Source of the DNA: a virus
Virus record (IMG/VR): IMGVR_UViG_3300025237_000002
Coordinates: 1 to 64,000 of that record
Strand: one strand, 5' to 3'
DNA length: 64,000 nucleotides
The position numbers were made by a program, and so were the translations under genes. The stretch's first letter is position 1. Every line of letters begins with the position of its first letter. The notes below the pieces were generated by a model. The model ran no database searches. It saw only the letters and a list, made by a program, of their open reading frames with translations, and was not told where the DNA came from. This document shows positions 1 to 9,925 of this stretch, piece by piece.

Positions 1-52
1 AAATAAGACTATCATTAATTTGGTAGTCTTATTTTTTTGTCTTATATTTGCA
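1..52 (+). promoter_or_regulatory. Terminator-like hairpin fused to a Bacteroidota sigma-A promoter (TTTG ... TATATTTG at 43-50)
   Basis: AAATAAGACTATCA/TGGTAGTCTTATTT inverted repeat with a T-run, then the -7 element TAnnTTTG; a near-identical module is at 3896-3946. Confidence 0.7.
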
Positions 53-54
53 GT

Positions 55-435
55 ATGAGAGATATTAAATTTAGAGTTTGGGAGAAATCTAGGAAAACTA
101 TGATTTATAATGCTATTGAATATGCATTACTAGCCCTTGCGAAGGCTACCCATAGTACAGACAACAAACTTAACCCTATTGGGTTTAGTGAACAAGACTA
201 TGAACACTTTGAAGTGATGCAATTCACAGACATACAAGACAAAAACAGAATTGATATCTATGAAGGTGATATAATGCGAGATAAGAATGGAATTATTTAT
301 AAGGTAGAGTTTAGGTGTGGTGGATTTATAAAATATGGTGATGGTGTTACAACTCCCTTAATCGATTCAATAGGGTGGTTAGAGTGTGAGGTAATAGGTA
401 ACAGACACGAAAACCCTGAACTAATAAAATATTAA
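55..435 (+). CDS. YopX family phage protein
   Basis: MRDIKFRVW start, QFTDIQDKN..IYEGDI and EVIGNRHENPELI end are typical of YopX; ATG at 55 follows the promoter. Confidence 0.85.
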   Translation: MRDIKFRVWEKSRKTMIYNAIEYALLALAKATHSTDNKLNPIGFSEQDYEHFEVMQFTDIQDKNRIDIYEGDIMRDKNGIIYKVEFRCGGFIKYGDGVTTPLIDSIGWLECEVIGNRHENPELIKY

Positions 436-776
436 CTATGAGACGACATAAATTAGTTTCCGAGATATGGAAACACGCAGAGAAACTAAATGCTAATAAA
501 ACCACATTAGTATTTTTACTTTCAACCATGACAGATAAAGCTTTAACTAAATTCCATAAAGAATTTATGGAAAAGTCAGTGCCTTATGACGGAAAATGAG
601 ACAAATATTGAAATACTTCAAGAGCTACAATTTAACGATAGGTGGTTAAGTCATGAATATAAACAGAGTACAGAATATCGAGCTTACTTGGCTCAAGTAG
701 CTAAAGATTTACAAAAATTTTATACATAATTTGGTTATGTGGATTATTTTGAGTATAATTGCGCAAACATTAACAT

Positions 777-1070
777 ATGAGAACTGAAGGTAAAGTGAGT
801 AAAAACAATTCAAAAAAATTTATATTAAACGACACTTGCGATTCAATCAAAGATGTTGTTCATTTAGTTGCAATAGTTTTTCAAACAGCCGACCTATACA
901 CAATAAGTAAAGCTTTAGAGAGAATTGGCTATCCATATGGTGCTTGGGGTGATTTCACAACAAGATTAATGACCGTACATGGATGGTACCTAAAAGCAGA
1001 TAGAGATATTAATAAACTAACGAAGTCTTATGGCGGTGCTGAAGACTATTTCGATTTATTACATAAATAA
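777..1070 (+). CDS. hypothetical protein
   Basis: ORF with A-rich start downstream of a promoter-like motif. Confidence 0.6.
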   Translation: MRTEGKVSKNNSKKFILNDTCDSIKDVVHLVAIVFQTADLYTISKALERIGYPYGAWGDFTTRLMTVHGWYLKADRDINKLTKSYGGAEDYFDLLHK

Positions 1071-1075
1071 AATAT

Positions 1076-1291
1076 ATGAAAAGTAGTATAAAAGTAGATT
1101 ACGTAAAACTCCCTAATGGTAAATATATTGGGTGGGCAGTAGATTATAAAGCTGTAGTAGTACAAGGCGATGATTTAGTAGATTTAAGAATGAAAATAAT
1201 GACTTCTTTAAAAGCATTATTTTCACATTTTATTGATAAGATAGATGATGATACTTTATCGGTTCATTGTAATGAAAAAAACCTTGATTAA
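1076..1291 (+). CDS. HicB-like small protein
   Basis: GKYIGWAVDYKAVVVQGDDLVDLRMKI resembles the HicB N-terminal pattern. Confidence 0.45.
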   Translation: MKSSIKVDYVKLPNGKYIGWAVDYKAVVVQGDDLVDLRMKIMTSLKALFSHFIDKIDDDTLSVHCNEKNLD

Positions 1292-1508
1292 TGAATAAAG
1301 AGGTAAAAAGACTTTATAACGAAGCATTAGCAAATCAAGAGTTTAATCTTGAATGTAAAGAAGCTGACCCAAGTGGTTATATTAAACCAAATATGTTTTC
1401 TAGCCCAGTGCTTCAACATTTATATGGTATGGCATACTATGGATGGTTAGTAGGTAAGAAAAGATATAAGCACGAAAATTATCATTATTAACAAACAAAA
1501 AATTATAT

Positions 1509-1979
1509 ATGAAACCAATTAAAGGAACAAGAAAAACAAACAAAAAAGAACTTAAAGCAATTGCTAACTATTTAGCAACCGATGCAATGCACCTATACGA
1601 CCAACCTTATCCAACAAACGATGAAGCTTATTCTGCGTATAAAAAGGTGTTGAAAAAACTTACCACAATTACATATGAATTACCAAAAACTGCTGGAGTC
1701 TTAGTAGTGGTAATCAATGTATTCAAAGTTAAAGATAAAGTTTCTGGGCTTTGTTACGATAAATTTGTTGAACAATATCTAATCACTGAAGACGAAGTAA
1801 AAAACGTAACTGATTTGGATTATATTGCATCAGACGAATTCACTGAAGTTCCACTTCCATTTGGTGTCCAATTAATTAACGGTGAAATAGCTATGGTTGA
1901 CGAAAACGGTCCAACTATTATTGATGAGAATCCATGTGCTCGAATCCCATTACCTAGTGATATTAATGAGATTCACTAA
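1509..1979 (+). CDS. hypothetical protein
   Basis: 156-aa ORF in a tightly packed run. Confidence 0.6.
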   Translation: MKPIKGTRKTNKKELKAIANYLATDAMHLYDQPYPTNDEAYSAYKKVLKKLTTITYELPKTAGVLVVVINVFKVKDKVSGLCYDKFVEQYLITEDEVKNVTDLDYIASDEFTEVPLPFGVQLINGEIAMVDENGPTIIDENPCARIPLPSDINEIH

Positions 1980-2278
1980 TGGAATGTCCTAAATGTTTAA
2001 AGAATTGGGTATGTGGGTGTAAGTCTTGTAAATCGAGACGTAATATGCCTATGTATCGAAGTTCTAAATTAAGCGGTGGGAAATTAGATTGGGAGCAGTG
2101 CCCTTATTGTCGAACCAAATACCATCCAGACCAATTATTGGATTATGAATGGGCTTTGAGGCAAGGTGCTGAAAAAATTACTGGTGACCCACTTGGGGTA
2201 CTCTCTAATATTCAATTAAACGAAATTAGAAAAGAAGCTAGGAAGGGTGAATTGTTAAAACATATATTTAAAACATAA
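1979..2278 (+). CDS. Cys-rich putative zinc-binding protein
   Basis: CPKC, CGCKSC and CPYC motifs. Confidence 0.55.
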   Translation: MECPKCLKNWVCGCKSCKSRRNMPMYRSSKLSGGKLDWEQCPYCRTKYHPDQLLDYEWALRQGAEKITGDPLGVLSNIQLNEIRKEARKGELLKHIFKT

Positions 2279-2334
2279 AATACTAGGTAGTTTGAATTAA
2301 TTATTGTATATTTGCATAAATAAAAACACATATT

Positions 2335-3810
2335 ATGGAAATATTCAGATTGATAGTTTTAGGAATTTTTGTATACCTCATATACCTCATTATTTATGAC
2401 ATCTTCAATAAGAAACATGCTATAATGAGTAACTTCCCATTGATTGGAAGGCTTAGATACATTTTAGAGAAGATTGGACCAGAATTACGACAATACATTG
2501 TAGCTAGTAATAGAGAAGAAACCCCATTTAATAGACTTTGGCGAAATTACATATACGCATCTTCTAAAGGTGAAAATAATCTAACTGGGTTTGGTTCTGA
2601 CGCTGACTTTAACAAAACAGGACATTTCTTTCTTAAAACTTCTGTATTCCCAGTTAAAAATGATAATGTAACAACAATTCCAAGTGCAAAGATAATAGGC
2701 TCATGTAGAGATAAACCTTATAGACCAAAATCTGTTGTTAATATTTCAGCAATGAGTTATGGGTCATTAGGTAAAAAAGCAACTACGGCAAATAATATTG
2801 GAGCAGACATTGCTGGTGCTTACCATAATACTGGTGAGGGTGGATATTCACCCGAATATCATGGTAATGGGGCAGATGTTGTATTCCATATAGGTACAGG
2901 TTACTTTGGTTGTGGGGATACAGATGAAAATGGTCATAGACAATTTAATATGTGGAAGCTTAAAATGCTTGTTAATCTTAATCCAAATATTAAGATGATT
3001 GAACTTAAGTTATCGCAAGGTGCAAAACCAGGTAAGGGTGGAATACTTCCAGCGAATAAGGTAACACCAGAGATAGCAAAAGCAAGAGGTGTAAAAGTTG
3101 GTGAAACAGTTTATTCACCTTCATATCATAGTGCTTTTGATAATGTACACGATATGGTAAATCTGATTGAAGATATTGCTAACGAAACTGGTTTACCAGT
3201 TGGTATTAAATCGGCAGTTGGAAAGATGATTTTTTGGGATGATTTGGCTAGTTTAATGAATCGCACACACAAAGGTCCAGACTTCATAACAATTGATGGT
3301 GGTGAAGGTGGTACTGGAGCCGCACCAATTGCGTTTACCGATAACATGTCACTTCCACTAAGAGATGGGTTTGCACAAGTTTATAAAACGTTTCAAAAAT
3401 ATCATTTAGTAGATAGAATTACTTGGATAGCTTCGGGAAAGTTGGGTCACCCAACAAGAGCAGCAGTTGCATTTGCAATGGGAGCGGATTTAATCAATAT
3501 AGCAAGAGAAGTAATGATTTCTGCGGGTTGTATTCAAGCGCAACAATGTCACACTGGAAATTGTCCTACTGGTATTGCCACACACAAATGGTGGTTAGAG
3601 AAAGGTTTCAATGTAAAAGATAAATCTGAGAGGGTTGGTCTATTCATTAAAACCCTTGTTAAAGATATTCTTGAAGTAACTAATGCAAGTGGATACACAC
3701 ATCCTTGTGAATTTACAATGGACGATGTGATGTTCAATACAAGTGATTCTTCAAGAATGAAAAGCATGGAAGTGCTTTATGGTTATAAAAAAAATATAGT
3801 TAAAAGGTGA
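2335..3810 (+). CDS. FMN-binding glutamate synthase family protein
   Basis: SAMSYGSLG, NTGEGG, ELKLSQGAKPGKGGILP, IDGGEGGTGAAP and the CIQAQQCHTGNCPTGIAT Fe-S motif; N-terminal TM helix. Confidence 0.92.
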   Translation: MEIFRLIVLGIFVYLIYLIIYDIFNKKHAIMSNFPLIGRLRYILEKIGPELRQYIVASNREETPFNRLWRNYIYASSKGENNLTGFGSDADFNKTGHFFLKTSVFPVKNDNVTTIPSAKIIGSCRDKPYRPKSVVNISAMSYGSLGKKATTANNIGADIAGAYHNTGEGGYSPEYHGNGADVVFHIGTGYFGCGDTDENGHRQFNMWKLKMLVNLNPNIKMIELKLSQGAKPGKGGILPANKVTPEIAKARGVKVGETVYSPSYHSAFDNVHDMVNLIEDIANETGLPVGIKSAVGKMIFWDDLASLMNRTHKGPDFITIDGGEGGTGAAPIAFTDNMSLPLRDGFAQVYKTFQKYHLVDRITWIASGKLGHPTRAAVAFAMGADLINIAREVMISAGCIQAQQCHTGNCPTGIATHKWWLEKGFNVKDKSERVGLFIKTLVKDILEVTNASGYTHPCEFTMDDVMFNTSDSSRMKSMEVLYGYKKNIVKR

Positions 3811-3949
3811 AATTCCTAAAAAAATATCAAATAAACTTGTTTAAGTGGAATATAAATAGTATATTTGATATGCAAATTAATTTTTAAATGTTATGAAATA
3901 AGGCTATCAATTATTTGGTAGTCTTATTTTTATTTAGTACCTTTGCGAC

Positions 3950-4456
3950 ATGAAAACATTAGTAATACATCCATACGACCCAACTACCGAATTTCTTAAA
4001 CCGATTTATGCGGGTAAGGATTGGACTGTAATAACCGAAAACGCATCCAAGAGATTGATATTTGAGTCTTTAAAGGAGCATGACCGAATCATAATGATGG
4101 GACATGGTACTGGATATGGATTAATCGGATATGGTCGATTGATTATTGAATCTAAATGGGTTTACTTATTAAGAGAAAAATATACTGTATCAATTTGGTG
4201 TAACGCAGATGAGTTCGTATTAAAATATGGATTGAAAGGGTTTTACACTGGAATGATTATTTCTGAATTAGAGGAAGCTATGATGTTTTGCGTTCCAGCA
4301 ACAGGAGCTGAAATTGAAGGGTCTAACACCCTATTCACTGATACAATAACTAAACATATCGATGATATGACTAAAGTCGATGAAATCGTTGCTGACTACG
4401 CCCTTGTGGATACTCCAGTGATAGAATTCAACAAGGCTAGAATATACCATACATAA
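3950..4456 (+). CDS. hypothetical phage protein
   Basis: 168-aa ORF starting 4 nt after a TACCTTTG promoter element. Confidence 0.65.
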   Translation: MKTLVIHPYDPTTEFLKPIYAGKDWTVITENASKRLIFESLKEHDRIIMMGHGTGYGLIGYGRLIIESKWVYLLREKYTVSIWCNADEFVLKYGLKGFYTGMIISELEEAMMFCVPATGAEIEGSNTLFTDTITKHIDDMTKVDEIVADYALVDTPVIEFNKARIYHT

Positions 4457-4857
4457 TGGAAGAAAAATACAGAGTAATAATTGCTGGTGGTAGAGACTTC
4501 GATAACTTCAGAAAGTTGTCAGAGGTTTGTATGTACATGCTAAAAAATAAGAGAAACGTTGAAATTGTTTCTGGTACTTGCAAAGGTGCGGATAAATTAG
4601 GTGAACAGTTTGCAAAATTTGCGGGACATTCATTAAAACAATACCCAGCAAGTTGGGATGAATTGGGGAAAGCGGCTGGCTTTATTAGAAATAAAGAAAT
4701 GGCTGAATACGCTGATGCGTTGATAGTATTCTGGGATGGTAAATCTAAGGGAACTAAGCATATGATTGACCTAGCTAACAAAATGAATTTAAAAGTGAAA
4801 TTGGTTATGTATAGTAATGAAATAGTTAAGGAAGAAATTAAAAAGTGGTGGGAATGA
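4456..4857 (+). CDS. SLOG family protein (YspA/DUF2493-like)
   Basis: IIAGGRDF, VSGTCKGAD, AGFIRNKEM, FWDGKSKGTKHMI. Confidence 0.85.
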   Translation: MEEKYRVIIAGGRDFDNFRKLSEVCMYMLKNKRNVEIVSGTCKGADKLGEQFAKFAGHSLKQYPASWDELGKAAGFIRNKEMAEYADALIVFWDGKSKGTKHMIDLANKMNLKVKLVMYSNEIVKEEIKKWWE

Positions 4858-5399
4858 TAGATTATAACTTACTAAACGAATCAATAATTCATTATACAGA
4901 TTGTGGTTATACTCGAATAGAAACTCCTTGGCTAGTAACTGATTATGTTGATGCTATTACACGACCCAAAACTGCAATTAAGTATCACATACCTAATAAA
5001 AATAAGAACTTTATCGCAAGTGGTGAACAAGGTTTTTTATATCTTTATTTAAAGCAATATCTTCCTAAGGGTAAATTTCAAACGTTAACACCTTGTTTAC
5101 GTAATGACCCATTTGATTTCACACATACAAAATATTTCATGAAGAATGAATTGATAATCACTGATGATGTTTCAGATTCATCATTAGATTCAATGATTAA
5201 CCATGCTTTAGAATTTTTTAGGACTTATGTGAGTAAATCCGTGGTCCCATTAAAAACTAATGATGGTTATGATTTGATGTTAGATAACATTGAGTTGGGG
5301 TCTTATGGAATAAGGAAGTGTGAATTTTTAACGTGGATTTATGGTACAGGTTGTGCCGAACCAAGAACAAGTAATTTAATAACAAATGGGATATCATAA
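4845..5399 (+). CDS. Stand-alone class II aminoacyl-tRNA synthetase-like catalytic core
   Basis: motif-2-like TPCLRND...FMKNEL, ELGSYGIR, motif-3-like GTGCAEPR; no anticodon-binding domain. Confidence 0.6.
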   Translation: MVGMIDYNLLNESIIHYTDCGYTRIETPWLVTDYVDAITRPKTAIKYHIPNKNKNFIASGEQGFLYLYLKQYLPKGKFQTLTPCLRNDPFDFTHTKYFMKNELIITDDVSDSSLDSMINHALEFFRTYVSKSVVPLKTNDGYDLMLDNIELGSYGIRKCEFLTWIYGTGCAEPRTSNLITNGIS

Positions 5400-5625
5400 A
5401 GTAGAAATAAAAAAGGGTAAAATCGGTGAATTTTCTAAGATAAGAGAAGAGTTCGAAGAATTACAAGATGCAGTTGGTCAAGACGATTCAGTATTGATAT
5501 TATGTGAAATGTCCGACTTATATGGGGCAATGGAAGAATATCTTAAAAAATGGAATTTAAATATGAACGCATTGGAGATGTTTTCAAATAAAACTAAAGA
5601 AGCGTTTAAAGAAGGTAAAAGATGA
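5386..5625 (+). CDS. MazG-like all-alpha NTP pyrophosphohydrolase-like protein (copy 1)
   Basis: KIREEFEEL...EMSDL pattern. Confidence 0.5.
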   Translation: MGYHKVEIKKGKIGEFSKIREEFEELQDAVGQDDSVLILCEMSDLYGAMEEYLKKWNLNMNALEMFSNKTKEAFKEGKR

Positions 5626-5837
5626 GAATAACAAACGGAGCATACATTATAGACAAGAGAGGAAATATTTTAATAACACACCCAACGAATCATGTGAACA
5701 CACTATGGTCAATCCCTAAAGGGTTAACTGATGACGATGAAACCTCGAAGGAAGCTGCTATTAGAGAGGTTTGGGAAGAAACTAATCTTGATTTAGTGGA
5801 TTTATGGTACAGGTTGTGCCGAACCAAGAACAAGTAA
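5622..5837 (+). pseudogene. Truncated NUDIX hydrolase created by the duplication junction
   Basis: Identical to the N-terminus of 6085-6546 up to ETNLDL, then out-of-frame tail. Confidence 0.8.
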
Positions 5838-5848
5838 TTTAATAACAC

Positions 5849-6088
5849 ATGGGATATCATAAAGTAGAAATAAAAAAGGGTAAAATAGGTGAATTTTCTA
5901 AGATAAGAGAAGAATTCGAAGAATTACAAGATGCAGTTGGGCAAGACGATTCAGTATTGATATTATGTGAAATGTCCGACTTATATGGGGCAATGGAAGA
6001 ATATCTTAAAAAATGGAATTTAAATATGAATGCATTGGAGATGTTTTCAAATAAAACTAAAGAAGCGTTTAAAGAAGGTAAAAGATGA
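5849..6088 (+). CDS. MazG-like protein (copy 2, identical protein)
   Basis: Same translation as 5386-5625. Confidence 0.5.
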   Translation: MGYHKVEIKKGKIGEFSKIREEFEELQDAVGQDDSVLILCEMSDLYGAMEEYLKKWNLNMNALEMFSNKTKEAFKEGKR

Positions 6089-6546
6089 GAATAACAAACG
6101 GAGCATACATTATAGACAAGAGAGGAAATATTTTAATAACACATCCAACGAATCATGTGAACACACTATGGTCAATCCCTAAAGGGTTAACTGATGACGA
6201 TGAAACCTCGAAGGAAGCTGCTATTAGAGAGGTTTGGGAAGAAACTAATCTTGATTTAGAATTGTTTATTAATAAAACAATTTATAGAGATATGGGTAGT
6301 AGAAATTATGGACGTAAAAAGCGTTTAAATGCGCATTTCTTTTATATTGACTTACCACTATCCGAAATGGATTTAAATTTATGGTGTAAAAGTAGATTTG
6401 ACTGTGAGGAAACGGGAGCTAACTTACCTGAGAATGACATAACTAAGTGGGAGACGTTGAAATTTGCAAGAGAGTTCCTACATTATTCACAAAAAGAAAT
6501 ATTGAATAAAGTTGAAATTTTACTTGGTAGTGTGGATTTTAAATAG
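6085..6546 (+). CDS. NUDIX hydrolase
   Basis: Nudix box GLTDDDETSKEAAIREVWEETNL. Confidence 0.9.
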   Translation: MRITNGAYIIDKRGNILITHPTNHVNTLWSIPKGLTDDDETSKEAAIREVWEETNLDLELFINKTIYRDMGSRNYGRKKRLNAHFFYIDLPLSEMDLNLWCKSRFDCEETGANLPENDITKWETLKFAREFLHYSQKEILNKVEILLGSVDFK

Positions 6547-6573
6547 TATAATTACCCAAAATACTAAAACAAT

Positions 6574-7965
6574 ATGAATTCAAAAACAAATGAGACGGCT
6601 TTTCCAAGTGCTCCAATATATAACGGTGAAGACACTGGTTATGATAAAGAGGTAAGTGAAAATGAAGTTACGCATCGTGAGGATTACGGTGAAGGAATTA
6701 CGGTTGGTGAAGAAAATCTTTTTGATGAAGGGATTACCAGTAAGAATAATTACAAATCAAAGATTAGTTTTTATGACGAAGTTAATAAGCCAATCATGGC
6801 TATTTTCTTTAGTTTTTTTAATTTACTAAGTCACAAGAGAACCAATGAAGGGTGTGATACTTTTAAAGGTGTTATGTTTAAAGGTATTTTAAACAATGAT
6901 AATACCTACATTGATTATCTTCCTGACCATCCACCGATGGTTTTTGAATATTCGGTATTACTAAACCTTAACGGTAACGATGTATCATTTGTTTTACTAG
7001 CTTTTAAAGAAGGTGGTAAAATTAGAAATATTATTAGATTATCAAGTTTAGATGATGATAATATTAAATCTCAAGTAGCTTATGATAATTTATTCAAGTT
7101 AGCTATAGATTCTTCAAATCTAAAGGGAAGTTACTTAACAATTTCCGATGAATATCTTGAATGGAAAATACGTGAATTGAAAGACATTTCATTTGACGAT
7201 GTATTCTTACCTGATGATTTGATGGAAGATTTACATATGTATGTTAAGTTATTTGAAAAGAAAAATGTCATTTCAAGGTATATGTTGAGTGGTGTTCCAG
7301 GAACTGGGAAAACTGAACTAACACGAGCTGTAAGTAATATTTTAAATCAGAAAGGTGTAACTATAATCAAGACAAACATTTGTAAGATTATAAAAGAGAA
7401 ATTTGAGTTAGCCAAAATATTAGCACCATGTGTTTTAATATTAGATGATATTGATTTATATCTAGGTGATAGAAATCATGGTTCATATAGTCCATTACTA
7501 GGGGCATTTTTAGATATCCTAGATGGTGTGGATAAATTACCTGATAATGTTGGGGTTATTGCGAGTACAAACGCACCACATTTGATTGATTTAGCGGCTC
7601 AAAGACCAGGTAGATTTGATAAGGTTTTATTCTTTGATGAGTTAACACATGATAATATCGAGGGTATCATAAAGAAATCATTAAAAAGTCTAAATAACAA
7701 ATACGGTAATGTAACTGAAGGTGATGTTTCAATATTAACTGATGTTAAGTTGGTGAAGTTCTTTAAAGAATCTGGTATGACTGGTGCATTTATTTATGAA
7801 ATTGTCCAAGACGTTAAAAATAAGTCAGAAATCTTAGAATTACCATTAGATTTAGATAAGATTGTTGCTGATATCAAGAGACGAAACGATGTTTTAGAAA
7901 AGAAATTACAGGCTGTAACCATAGCTAACAAGCTAAAAGGTGAAGGAAAAAAGATGGGATATTAA
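6574..7965 (+). CDS. AAA+ ATPase
   Basis: Walker A GVPGTGKT, Walker B LILDDID, STN, RPGRFD arginine finger. Confidence 0.9.
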   Translation: MNSKTNETAFPSAPIYNGEDTGYDKEVSENEVTHREDYGEGITVGEENLFDEGITSKNNYKSKISFYDEVNKPIMAIFFSFFNLLSHKRTNEGCDTFKGVMFKGILNNDNTYIDYLPDHPPMVFEYSVLLNLNGNDVSFVLLAFKEGGKIRNIIRLSSLDDDNIKSQVAYDNLFKLAIDSSNLKGSYLTISDEYLEWKIRELKDISFDDVFLPDDLMEDLHMYVKLFEKKNVISRYMLSGVPGTGKTELTRAVSNILNQKGVTIIKTNICKIIKEKFELAKILAPCVLILDDIDLYLGDRNHGSYSPLLGAFLDILDGVDKLPDNVGVIASTNAPHLIDLAAQRPGRFDKVLFFDELTHDNIEGIIKKSLKSLNNKYGNVTEGDVSILTDVKLVKFFKESGMTGAFIYEIVQDVKNKSEILELPLDLDKIVADIKRRNDVLEKKLQAVTIANKLKGEGKKMGY

Positions 7966-8042
7966 AAAATAAATGGGAAATAGTTTGGTAGTTTGAATTA
8001 TTTTCCTTATATTTGCATAATAATAACATTTAAAACTATAAT

Positions 8043-8783
8043 ATGTCAGAAAAAAAAGGAGGTTTATTTAATAAATTCTTAAACCTAATTTCAGAAGAAG
8101 TGCCAGAGAATGGTACTGTTGTGGAACAAACGAAAAAAGAATCAGCAAAAGCTGAGGGTATTCCAACACAAACATTAGATTTTGAGACTACTGTACCTGA
8201 AAAGTTCAGAAGCAAATCTATTACACCTAGCACAACTACCGTAAGAGGTGGTTTTAATGAAGAATTTTATAATCATCTTCAAGAAGAAATCAAGAAAAAT
8301 GATTTAGAAGGTGCTGATTATTACGAGTTCAGAAAAACCTATGAAGCACTTAGTAAAAACATGGGAGATGTTCAAGCATTAAACGCTTCATTCTCCGCAT
8401 TATGTGCAATGTCACCTAACTTAACGGTTGACCATTTATTAGAAACTGCTAATTTTTATTTAGATTTAGTAAATAAAGAACATGATGGTTTCGAAAATCA
8501 ATTCAACGACAAAATTACTACTGAAATTCATGGAAGACAATCAGCGATTGAAGCTGAGGATGAATTACAAGGAAAAATGACTAAAGAAATCGAAGCTCTT
8601 GAGTTAGAGATTCAAGAAAGTCAAAACAAGCAACAAGGTCTTCAGAATGAGAAAGACGTTGAAGAAGACAAACTTAATAGCGTAAAAGCTAATTGGGATT
8701 TCACTATTGAATTAGTAAAAAATAATATTAACACTGATATCGCCAACATCGGAACACATTTAGTTGGTACTAAAACCGTATAA
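8043..8783 (+). CDS. Coiled-coil protein, first gene of a membrane/ABC operon
   Basis: Long E/Q/K-rich heptad region; own promoter at 8008-8015. Confidence 0.6.
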   Translation: MSEKKGGLFNKFLNLISEEVPENGTVVEQTKKESAKAEGIPTQTLDFETTVPEKFRSKSITPSTTTVRGGFNEEFYNHLQEEIKKNDLEGADYYEFRKTYEALSKNMGDVQALNASFSALCAMSPNLTVDHLLETANFYLDLVNKEHDGFENQFNDKITTEIHGRQSAIEAEDELQGKMTKEIEALELEIQESQNKQQGLQNEKDVEEDKLNSVKANWDFTIELVKNNINTDIANIGTHLVGTKTV

Positions 8784-8785
8784 TT

Positions 8786-9841
8786 ATGAAAGAAGATTTA
8801 AAACCTTTAAAAAGCTTTTGGGAAAAACCACAAGGAACTGTAGGTATGGTAGGTATAGGAGCCTTAGTATTTGGAGCTGGATGGTTAATCCTTAAGAATG
8901 CTGCGTGGTTAGCGTTAGCAATGTCAAACTTAACTACTGCTGTCTTTATGGGACTTGGTTTATTCGCCATTGCGTGGTTATTAACTGACAAAAAATTTAG
9001 AAACTTAATCTGGTTCCTTTATCAAGGACTGATGGAAAAAGCAACTTCAATATTCATTGAGATAGACCCAATTGGAATTATGAAAACTTACGTTAGTGAA
9101 CTTAATAACAAACGTAGTAAAATGAATGGTTTATTAGGAAAGCTTAAACAAGAGATTGGGAAATTAAAACGTGATATCAAGGATAATAAAACTGAGATAT
9201 CAACTTTAATGACTAAAGCTTCAGTTGCATCAAAATCGGAAGATAAAAGAATGCAAGCTAGAACTAATCTTAATACAAGAAAAGCTGCAAGACGACAAAA
9301 TTCAACTATGAAATTAGTAGATTTATTAATTAAGGTTGAAGGCTTATATAAGAAAATGGACAAGATGTACTACTACTCTGGTATCATGATTGAAGATGTT
9401 GATGACCAAGTAGAAACTATCGAAAGAGAGCGTAAAGTTATACATGCTAGTTATGGAGTGATGAAACATGCACAAAGTATTATCGCTGGTGATGATAACA
9501 AAGCACAAATGTTTGATAGAGCATTAGACTTCGTAGTAGAAGACTTAGGGGCGAAAATGGGTGAAATGGAGAGATTCATGGACTTATCACAAAACTTTAT
9601 GGATGGGGTTGACTTAGACAATGAAGTATTTGAAATGGAAGGTTTAGCTATGTTAGAAGCATGGGAAGGTCAAGACACTTTAAACTTCCTTAACCAAGGT
9701 TCTGTTGATTACTTAGAAGTGATTGACGCTAAAATGCACGCTGATAATGAGAAACCAGAACCAGTATTAGTAGATAAAACCCCTACCAATACGCAACCTT
9801 TAAAGCAAAAAGAAATGGGGAAAACAAACTTTTTTAATTAA
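8786..9841 (+). CDS. Two-TM long coiled-coil protein (PspA/IM30-like)
   Basis: Two N-terminal TM helices, IDPIGI, then an extended amphipathic coiled coil. Confidence 0.5.
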   Translation: MKEDLKPLKSFWEKPQGTVGMVGIGALVFGAGWLILKNAAWLALAMSNLTTAVFMGLGLFAIAWLLTDKKFRNLIWFLYQGLMEKATSIFIEIDPIGIMKTYVSELNNKRSKMNGLLGKLKQEIGKLKRDIKDNKTEISTLMTKASVASKSEDKRMQARTNLNTRKAARRQNSTMKLVDLLIKVEGLYKKMDKMYYYSGIMIEDVDDQVETIERERKVIHASYGVMKHAQSIIAGDDNKAQMFDRALDFVVEDLGAKMGEMERFMDLSQNFMDGVDLDNEVFEMEGLAMLEAWEGQDTLNFLNQGSVDYLEVIDAKMHADNEKPEPVLVDKTPTNTQPLKQKEMGKTNFFN

Positions 9842-9925
9842 AAGTTTGGTAGAACCAAATAAAAGTTATATATTTGCATAGAAGTAACATTTAAATATTA
9901 ATTAACATTAAAAAAAACAGTAATT

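Larger units (their letters stand above)
5333..6259 (+). repeat. 463-bp tandem duplication (5333-5795 and 5796-6259)
   Basis: GTGGATTTATGGTACAGG restarts at 5796; the copies differ at about 6 positions. Confidence 0.95.
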
